Part shown: piece after piece, positions 36,838 to 42,602 of the stretch
How positions within the stretch are numbered: position 1 is the first letter of the stretch
Layout of the letters: each line of letters opens with the position of its first letter
DNA from: Gemmatimonadales bacterium
GTDB taxonomy: Bacteria > Gemmatimonadota > Gemmatimonadetes > Gemmatimonadales > GWC2-71-9
Length of the DNA: 42,602 bases
Direction of reading: 5' to 3'
Assembly: GCA_038240915.1 (NCBI GenBank)
Contig: JBBRGH010000001.1
Span: 1 to 42,602, forward strand
Translations under genes and position numbers: made by a program
Notes under the pieces: model-generated
Seen by the model: the letters and a program-made list of their open reading frames with translations, nothing else
The model's database searches: none
What the model was told of the DNA's origin: nothing

Positions 36838-37734
36838 TCAGCGCGAGGCGCTCGAGGTGATGGCGTAGCTGCCGGACTGCTTGACCGGCACGGTCTGACC
36901 CACGGTGGGGACAGTGATGGTCATGTCACCGGCCTCGCTGCCGAAGGCCGAGATGAGGCTGCCGTCCAGGCCCAGCACGTGGGCACCCTTCCGGGTGCCG
37001 GCGGCCTGCATCTGCAGCTCCTGGTCGCCCTGGGTGCGGGTGCCGGTGCGGTCGTAGGCGCCGTCGCTCTGGAGGGTGATCCCCTTCCGCATCCCGGGCG
37101 CGTCGCTGGCGGAGGCGTGGTAGGTCGTGACGGCGCGCTCGCTGCCGGGGAAGGCATCGGCCGTAAGCTTGTATTCGGTGGTGTCGGTCCAGGCCATGCC
37201 CTCGCGGACGCCGCCGGCGGGGAGCGCCGGAAAGAGCAGTCGGAGGCGGCCCGTCAGCTCGTCGGGCAGGGTGCCGGTGCGATCAGGGGTCAGCGCGCCG
37301 AGCCCGCCGGCGGCCGTGAGGGTCGCGGTCCACCTGGTGCCGCGGGCCGCCGCTACCGAGTCGGGCGACACCGGCTGGCCGCTCTCGAGCGCCTGCACCG
37401 AGTCGAGCACAATCGTGACCTGGTACGCTCCCGGCGTCGGCGACTCCACGACCGACACCCTGAGGAAGGCGATCCGGTCGCGGACCTGCTCCTGCGAGGC
37501 CCCGCCGGGATACTGCAGGCTCAGGCTGTCGTGCCGCTCCAGCCGGTAGGCCACGTTGCGGACCGCCTGGTAGGTCACGGCCGGACCCTTGCCCGGAGTG
37601 GTCGGCGCCGGGGCATCGGGCTCGCCCGGCCGGGGCGCGGGCGCCGGCGTGGGGGCATTGCCGGCGGTCGAGCCGCCGCAACCGGCCAGCAGCAGGGCGA
37701 TCAGGAGAACGGGGGTCGTGCGCGGCGCCGTCAT
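36838..37734 (-). CDS. Lipoprotein, unknown function (paralog of the upstream gene)
   Basis: ATGA overlap with the upstream gene. 'LLIALLLAGC' lipobox. Beta-rich sequence. Confidence 0.7.
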   Translation of the reverse strand: MTAPRTTPVLLIALLLAGCGGSTAGNAPTPAPAPRPGEPDAPAPTTPGKGPAVTYQAVRNVAYRLERHDSLSLQYPGGASQEQVRDRIAFLRVSVVESPTPGAYQVTIVLDSVQALESGQPVSPDSVAAARGTRWTATLTAAGGLGALTPDRTGTLPDELTGRLRLLFPALPAGGVREGMAWTDTTEYKLTADAFPGSERAVTTYHASASDAPGMRKGITLQSDGAYDRTGTRTQGDQELQMQAAGTRKGAHVLGLDGSLISAFGSEAGDMTITVPTVGQTVPVKQSGSYAITSSASR

Positions 37735-38513
37735 TTGAGAGCCGTCACCTTGGTCGTCTGGGTGATGGTGATCGGCAGCGGCTCGTTGGCGAACGCCCCC
37801 GAGATGGTCAGCGCCGAGCGGAGCTGCCAGGCGCCCCCGAGGTACTGACCCTCGGGGCTCACGAAGTAATTGCCGGTGCCCTTGCCCGAGCCCTCGATTC
37901 GGGCGGGTCCGTTGGGAGTGGGCTGGGTACCGGCCACCGTCGAGGTGTATTCGCTGGCCACCCGGAGCGCCTTCCGCGAGTCGTGGGTTTCCTTCCCGAC
38001 CACCCGATAGGCCGTCACCCGCTTGACCACGACGCTGTCGGTCCCGTCGGTCGTGGCCTTGCTGCTGGTGTCGGCCCACATCTCCCCCGCCTTCACCCCG
38101 GGCTTGACCCAGGGAAAGAAGTCGGTGAGGAAGCCCTGCACCCGGAGGGCGGCGGGCGACACGTTGACGGCCTCGAGCTCGCCCAACTTGCCGTCGGCGC
38201 TGAGGAAGGCGTGGAATTCGGCACCTTTGGCGCTGTCGAAGACGGCGGTGGGAATCGGCGCGGCGCTGTCGCCGCTCATCGAATCCACCACCAGCCGCAC
38301 GCTCCGTCCGCCGGCGCTGTCGGTCAGCGTGAGGGTCAGGAAGCTGGCGGTGGTGAAGGCGATGCTCTGCTTGCCCTTGCCCGCGGCGCTGGCGTCCATT
38401 TCCTGGGACAGCGTCTGGTCCACCCGGTAGCGGGTGATGAGCGGGGCGCGCTGGGCGGTGGCGGCGCTGGCGAGTCCCGCGAGGGCGGCGGCGGCGACGA
38501 ATCGAGCGACCAT
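37731..38513 (-). CDS. Secreted protein, unknown function
   Basis: AAGGAG RBS. Signal peptide 'AAAALAGLASAATAQ'. Colinear weak similarity to the downstream lipoprotein. Confidence 0.7.
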   Translation of the reverse strand: MVARFVAAAALAGLASAATAQRAPLITRYRVDQTLSQEMDASAAGKGKQSIAFTTASFLTLTLTDSAGGRSVRLVVDSMSGDSAAPIPTAVFDSAKGAEFHAFLSADGKLGELEAVNVSPAALRVQGFLTDFFPWVKPGVKAGEMWADTSSKATTDGTDSVVVKRVTAYRVVGKETHDSRKALRVASEYTSTVAGTQPTPNGPARIEGSGKGTGNYFVSPEGQYLGGAWQLRSALTISGAFANEPLPITITQTTKVTALK

Positions 38514-38542
38514 CGTATCTCCTTGGGGGCCCGAAGCGCTGC

Positions 38543-38569
38543 GGCCCTCCGAACCAGGTCCGGAGGGCC
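38543..38569 (-). terminator. Hairpin immediately 3' of rnpB
   Basis: GGCCCTCCG (38543-38551) pairs with CGGAGGGCC (38561-38569). It directly follows the 3' strand of P1. No U-tract. Confidence 0.4.
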
Positions 38570-38946
38570 GCGCTGGTCGAGCCGTAAGCCGAGTTCTGTT
38601 CCCGGCACTCGCGCGCCCGGGATGGTCATCTGTCTGGGATGGCCGTCGCCGGCCACCTCTAGCAGCCTACCCGCGGCTTGTCCTAGCGGTGTGGGTCACA
38701 CCTCGCCGCTTATTTGGCCTTGCTCCGACTGGGGGTTACCGTGCCACCGCCGTTGCCGGCGGCGCGGTGGGCTCTTACCCCACCGTTTCACCCTTACCCT
38801 CCGGTTGCCCGGGTGGCGGTCTGTTCTCTGTGGCCCTGTCCGTCGCCTTTCGGCGCCCAGGCGTTACCTGGCAGTCTACCCGGTGGAGCTCGGACTTTCC
38901 TCGAGCGGCCTTGCGGCGCCCGCGACCATCGCGCTCGACCAGCGGG
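38570..38946 (-). ncRNA. rnpB: RNase P RNA, bacterial type A
   Basis: The minus strand contains the universally conserved 'GAGGAAAGTCCGAGCTCC' (plus 38886-38903), 'GGGTAACGCCTGGG', 'CACAGAGAACAGACCGCC' and 'ACAGAACTCGGCTTAC'. P1 is formed by CGCTGGTCGAGC (5', plus 38933-38944) and GCTCGACCAGCG (3', plus 38571-38582). The ends are good to about 5 nt. Confidence 0.9.
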
Positions 38947-38977
38947 GGGAATATAACGGTGGCAGGATGAACCGGCG

Positions 38978-40273
38978 CTACCCCGCCTCGCCCAGCCGGG
39001 CCAGCCCCTGTTGGGCCTGGCGGACGAAGGGCTGGAGCGACGGATCGGCGGTGCGCCACTGGCTCAGCACCTCCTGGTACTGCTGGCGCGCCTCCGCCCG
39101 GCGGCCGAGCTGCTCGAAGGCGGCCGCGCGGAGCAGGCGGACCCGCCCGACCATGCCCCAGCGGGGGTCGAAGCCGCCGGTCCGGAAGGCCTCGGGCTCG
39201 AAGTCCTGCAGGTTCCGGAGGGTGGCCTGGTAGTCGCCGAGGAGGAAATACGCCTGGGCCGCGAGCGGCCGGCGGTAGCTGCTGTACATGATCTTGGCCT
39301 GCGACGAGTCAGGTTCGGCCAGCGCCCGGCGGGCGGCGGCCGAGTCGCCTCGGCTCAGGGCCAGCAGCGCGCGGACTTCCTTGGTCAGCGTCTCGCCAGT
39401 GAGCGCACGGTACTCGGTCAGCGCAGTGGTGTCGGCGGACGGGCCGGTGAACAGGCCGATCGCCGCCGAGGCGCCGGTGTGAGCCACGTGGGTCCGCTGC
39501 TCCGCGGGCGCCATCCGCACCGCCTCGGCGGCGCTCTGCCACACCTGCCGGAGCGACGCGGTCGGGAGCCCGGTGGCGCCGTACAGCTCACCCAGCGCCA
39601 TCCGCCGCCAGCCCTCTCCCTCCTTGCCCTCGCGGCCGGGCTGGAGCACCACCTCCCGCCGGACCTGGTCGGCCAGGTCGATCGTCTTGGCGGCGCTGGA
39701 GAGGTCGCCCTGATAGGCGAACACGTTCGCGGCCGCCGCGATGTCGCCCACCACCGTGGGCGCCCCCTCATAGGTCCGGAAGTCCTGCGGGGCCACGGTA
39801 TCGAGCGCGCTCCGGAGCTCCCGAGCGGCCCGGTCCACCTCGCCCGACGCGAACCGGATCCGGGCCTCCACGAACGGCAGCTCCGGGTGCACCGGCGCCG
39901 TCTGCCGGAAGCGCTCCACTTCGGCCAGGGCCGCGCTGTAGTTGCCCGCGCCGATATAGGCGTCCACCATCGCGCCGTGGGCCCGGAGCGTGGTCGGCTG
40001 GGTGTTGACCCAGCTCCGGGCACTGGCCAAGGCCTCGCTGCGGGCCCGACGGACCGCGGTGGCGCCGCCGCCGCTGTCCATCAGCGCGTGCCCGCCGTTG
40101 CCCTCGGTGAGCGCGAAGGAGTCGGTCCCCACCAGCGCGTAGTAGGGCCGGGCGCTGGCCGCCGAGCTGAGCATCGCCTGCACGTGCTCGTAGGCCAGGG
40201 CGTAGCCGGGGTCGAGCGCCAGCGTCCGCTTGAAGGCGCGGATGGCCTGGGTCCAGGCGGGCGCCTGGTTCAT
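38978..40273 (-). CDS. TPR-repeat region. It is most likely the C-terminal part of the upstream kinase gene, separated from it by an in-frame TAG.
   Basis: ATG-bounded ORF of 431 aa with many TPR-like repeats. The same frame stays open and TPR-like ('INAYRAFLGGEFADARAAYQQLLARDQTDADAWYGLGEAWFHD') up to 40444, directly after the kinase stop codon. Confidence 0.7.
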   Translation of the reverse strand: MNQAPAWTQAIRAFKRTLALDPGYALAYEHVQAMLSSAASARPYYALVGTDSFALTEGNGGHALMDSGGGATAVRRARSEALASARSWVNTQPTTLRAHGAMVDAYIGAGNYSAALAEVERFRQTAPVHPELPFVEARIRFASGEVDRAARELRSALDTVAPQDFRTYEGAPTVVGDIAAAANVFAYQGDLSSAAKTIDLADQVRREVVLQPGREGKEGEGWRRMALGELYGATGLPTASLRQVWQSAAEAVRMAPAEQRTHVAHTGASAAIGLFTGPSADTTALTEYRALTGETLTKEVRALLALSRGDSAAARRALAEPDSSQAKIMYSSYRRPLAAQAYFLLGDYQATLRNLQDFEPEAFRTGGFDPRWGMVGRVRLLRAAAFEQLGRRAEARQQYQEVLSQWRTADPSLQPFVRQAQQGLARLGEAG

Positions 40274-40444
40274 CCCGGTCGTATCGTGGAACCAGGCCTC
40301 GCCCAGGCCATACCAGGCGTCGGCGTCGGTCTGGTCGCGGGCCAGGAGCTGCTGGTACGCCGCCCGCGCGTCGGCGAACTCGCCGCCGAGGAAGGCGCGA
40401 TAGGCGTTGATGACGGTGCGATCGTGGGCCGGCAGGTTGCCGGA

Positions 40445-42079
40445 CTAGGCGGTGGCGCGCACGATGGCGGCGTCGGCGATCGAGTCGCCCGTGCCCACCA
40501 GCCACCCGCGGGTCAGCGCCAGCTTGTAATAGGCCAGGCCGAAGGTGGTGTCGATCCGGATCGCCCGCTCCAGCTCCCGCTCGGCCCCGCCCAGGTCCCA
40601 CCGGTTGAGCTGCTCGACCCCCGCGAGATAGGCGCGGTAGGCTTCCAGCGAGGCGGTGGTGCTCCGGGCGATGCCGATCCGGACCTCGTTGGGCGCGCCC
40701 GAGAGGTCGAGCAGCTTGGCGGCCAGGTCGTCGAACAGGGGGCGAACGTCGGCGCCCGCCTGGTCGTCCACCCGGGCCACGTCCACCCGGGCCCCGCTGG
40801 CCACGTCGAACACGCGGGCGGTCAGATGGAGCGAGTCGCCCGCCTGGGCGTAGTCGCCGAGCACCACGGTCCAGACGCCGGCCTCCCGGGCCAGCCGCCG
40901 GGCGAGGTCGAGACCGACGTCGTCGCCGGGCCGGAGCCGGTGCGCGGCCATGAGGTCGTGCAGCCGCTCGTGATCCACCACGGTCAGGTCGTTCCACTGG
41001 GACAGGTTGAGCCCCAGCATGCTGACGCTGCCGTCGCGGAGCCAGTCGACCGACCGGTCATCGCGCAGGTTGTCGAACGGGAGGACCAGGATCGAGTGGC
41101 GCGGGTTGACCCCGCTCGGCGGGCCGGGGGCCCGGCGGGCCAAGCCGAACGAACCCGCCGCCACGGCCAGCGCCAGGCCCAGGCCGGCGAGGACCAGCCG
41201 GCGGCGCCGGGGCGCGGGGCGGGCGGGCGGCTGCTCGGCCACGAGCGCCTGGCGGAAGGCCTCGCCGGTCTGCCAGCGGTCGGCCGGCTGCTTCTCCAGC
41301 GCGCGCATGATCGCGGCGGCGAGCGGACGCGGGGTGTCGGGCCGGACCCGTTCGATCGGGACCGGCCGCTCGGCGATGTGTTTGGAGACTACGACCCGAT
41401 TGGGCCCCCGGAACGGAGGCGCGCCGGCCAGCATCTCGTAGGCGACGACGCCGAGCGCGTAGAGATCGCTCCGGCCGTCCACCTCCTCGCCCGAGGCCTG
41501 CTCGGGGCTCATGTAGGCCGGCGTGCCGACCGCCACCCCTTGCCCCGTGCTGCTGGTGCCGCTCTCCCCCGCCATCGCCCGGGCGATCCCGAAATCGGCC
41601 AGCATGGCCCGGCCCGACGCCTGGTCGAGCAGCACGTTCTCCGGCTTGACGTCGCGGTGGACCACGCCGGCCCGGCCGGCGGCTTCGAGCGCCGCGGCCA
41701 CGTCGCCCACGATCCGGGCGGCCGTGGCGGGGTCGAGCCGCTGCTCCCGGACCAGCCGCTGGCGCAGGCTCTCGCCCTCGACCTCGTCCATCACATAGTA
41801 AAGGAGGCCCTCGGCGTTTCCGGCAGTGTGGACGGCGACGATGTTGGGATGGCGCAGCCGGGCGATGGTCCGGGCCTCGGCCAGGAAGCGGCGGCCGATC
41901 GACTGGTGCGAGGCGAGCTCGGGATGGACCGCCTTGATGGCAACCCGGCGGTCGAGGGTGGTGTCGGTGGCGAGGAAGACCACGCCCATGCCCCCGCGGC
42001 CCAGCTCGCGCTCGAGCCGATACTGCGGTTCCAGCACCGCCTGAAGCGCGGCGAAGAGATCGAGGGTCGGCGTCGTCAT
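40445..42079 (-). CDS. Ser/Thr protein kinase with TM helix and periplasmic domain (N-terminal part of a kinase-TPR sensor)
   Basis: Hanks kinase motifs: 'GRGGMGVVF', 'VAIKAV', 'HRDVKPENVLL', 'DFGIA' and 'GTPAYMSPEQ'. TM 'LVLAGLGLALAVAAGSF'. It ends at TAG 40445-40447, in frame with the TPR ORF. Confidence 0.88.
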   Translation of the reverse strand: MTTPTLDLFAALQAVLEPQYRLERELGRGGMGVVFLATDTTLDRRVAIKAVHPELASHQSIGRRFLAEARTIARLRHPNIVAVHTAGNAEGLLYYVMDEVEGESLRQRLVREQRLDPATAARIVGDVAAALEAAGRAGVVHRDVKPENVLLDQASGRAMLADFGIARAMAGESGTSSTGQGVAVGTPAYMSPEQASGEEVDGRSDLYALGVVAYEMLAGAPPFRGPNRVVVSKHIAERPVPIERVRPDTPRPLAAAIMRALEKQPADRWQTGEAFRQALVAEQPPARPAPRRRRLVLAGLGLALAVAAGSFGLARRAPGPPSGVNPRHSILVLPFDNLRDDRSVDWLRDGSVSMLGLNLSQWNDLTVVDHERLHDLMAAHRLRPGDDVGLDLARRLAREAGVWTVVLGDYAQAGDSLHLTARVFDVASGARVDVARVDDQAGADVRPLFDDLAAKLLDLSGAPNEVRIGIARSTTASLEAYRAYLAGVEQLNRWDLGGAERELERAIRIDTTFGLAYYKLALTRGWLVGTGDSIADAAIVRATA

Positions 42080-42269
42080 GGTCCAACCGATGTGGGGGAC
42101 GGACCCGACAATATACCGCGGCGGCGAGCGGGATTCACGGTCCGCGAGCCACCCTTGGATGCGTCACCCGGGGAAAGGGTTGCTGGCGGCGCGGAAAGGC
42201 GGTGTTTCGGGTTGAATCCCAGTTGACGTGGGAGGCCTATCCTCTTGCACCATCTCGCCGGAGGTTCCC

Positions 42270-42602
42270 GTGTCACCAGTCGCCGAAGCCCGTCCGACCA
42301 CCGTGGCCGCCGTCCTCATGCCGGGGGAGCGCCCTCGGGTGGACGCCGCCGGCAACGGACTCTTCGCGGTCCTGCACCGCGACTCGATCCCGGACGCGGT
42401 CCGGGCAGTCCGGGAGCGGCCGGTGGACGCGGTGCTGGTGTCGGTGCACCGGTGCGGGGCGGATCAGATGGCGGTGTTGAGCCACCTGGTGCGGGAGTTC
42501 CCGTCCATCCCCACCGTCGCGCTGGTGTCCCAGCACGATCCGGGGGCCATCGAGATGCTGCTCCGGCTGGGCGCGTCGGGGGTGCGGCAGGTGGTGGACG
42601 TC
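42270..42602 (+). CDS. Partial CDS (5' end only), receiver-like domain protein
   Basis: GTG at 42270 is preceded by GGAGG (42260-42264). The frame stays open to the window edge. 'VDAVLVSVHRCG...IPTVALVSQHD...LLRLGASGVRQVV' looks like a CheY-like fold. It is not in the ORF track because it has no stop. Confidence 0.45.
   Translation, partial: MSPVAEARPTTVAAVLMPGERPRVDAAGNGLFAVLHRDSIPDAVRAVRERPVDAVLVSVHRCGADQMAVLSHLVREFPSIPTVALVSQHDPGAIEMLLRLGASGVRQVVDV

Noticed and set aside
38336-39059. Several ORFs (38336-38656, 38434-38970, 38714-38956, 38775-39059) in the apparent gap between protein genes.
   Set aside because: The region is fully explained by RNase P RNA on the minus strand (GAGGAAAGTCCGAGCTCC core and P1 pairing). 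The ORFs are artefacts.
39011-42226. Very long ORFs antisense to or overlapping the real genes. Examples: 39011-42226 (+, 1071 aa), 2067-4181 (-, 704 aa), 10685-12589 (-, 634 aa), 33702-35780 (-, 692 aa), 16238-18601 (+, 787 aa) and 8667-11192 upstream of residue 268.
   Set aside because: Their Arg/Gly/Pro/Ala-rich, low-complexity translations have no recognisable motifs. Each lies opposite or out of frame to genes with clear family signatures. Stop-poor alternative frames are expected at about 70% GC.

Overview
This is a high-GC bacterial chromosomal segment (roughly 70% by eye, not computed) covering the replication-origin neighbourhood.

Ordinary core content:
- tRNA-Phe, a periplasmic thioredoxin-like gene pair, upp, a beta-CASP MBL-fold RNase, a DUF218 protein, a NUDIX hydrolase, an ECF sigma factor, holA and a SPOR protein.
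- A translationally coupled lipoprotein / histidine kinase / sigma54-activator operon.
- A VOC and FAD-oxidoreductase pair, mutS, a TonB-C-like lipoprotein, a cystathionine-beta-synthase-type enzyme, ddl and a rhomboid protease.
- The classical mnmE-yidC-yidD-rnpA-rpmH cluster facing dnaA-dnaN.
- A YtxH-like protein, two paralogous secreted proteins, RNase P RNA (rnpB, hidden under spurious ORFs) and a Ser/Thr-kinase/TPR sensor.

The stand-out is a 4,867-bp, visibly lower-GC insertion (28361..33227) that splits the rpmH|dnaA spacer. It has perfect 20-bp terminal inverted repeats starting GGTAGTG, a 9-bp direct target duplication GGCCGGGGC and an IS1-family DDE transposase. Its passenger genes are:
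- a beta-class N6/N4 DNA methyltransferase fused to an Mrr-like PD-(D/E)xK domain;
- a tripartite toxin-antitoxin-chaperone (TAC) module: MqsR-like toxin, MqsA-like antitoxin with a long C-terminal tail, and SecB-like chaperone. An ACCT-N3-AGGT operator sits in its promoter;
- three small unknown ORFs.

Other points:
- A candidate sigma54 -24/-12 promoter with two upstream GTGTCC-N4-GGACAC palindromes lies next to the sigma54 activator gene.
- Three genes are disrupted, two by in-frame TAG codons and one by a frameshift.
- rnpA has no canonical start codon.

No CRISPR array, rRNA or prophage structural genes were seen. All homology calls come from my own motif recognition in the translated ORFs; no database search was run.
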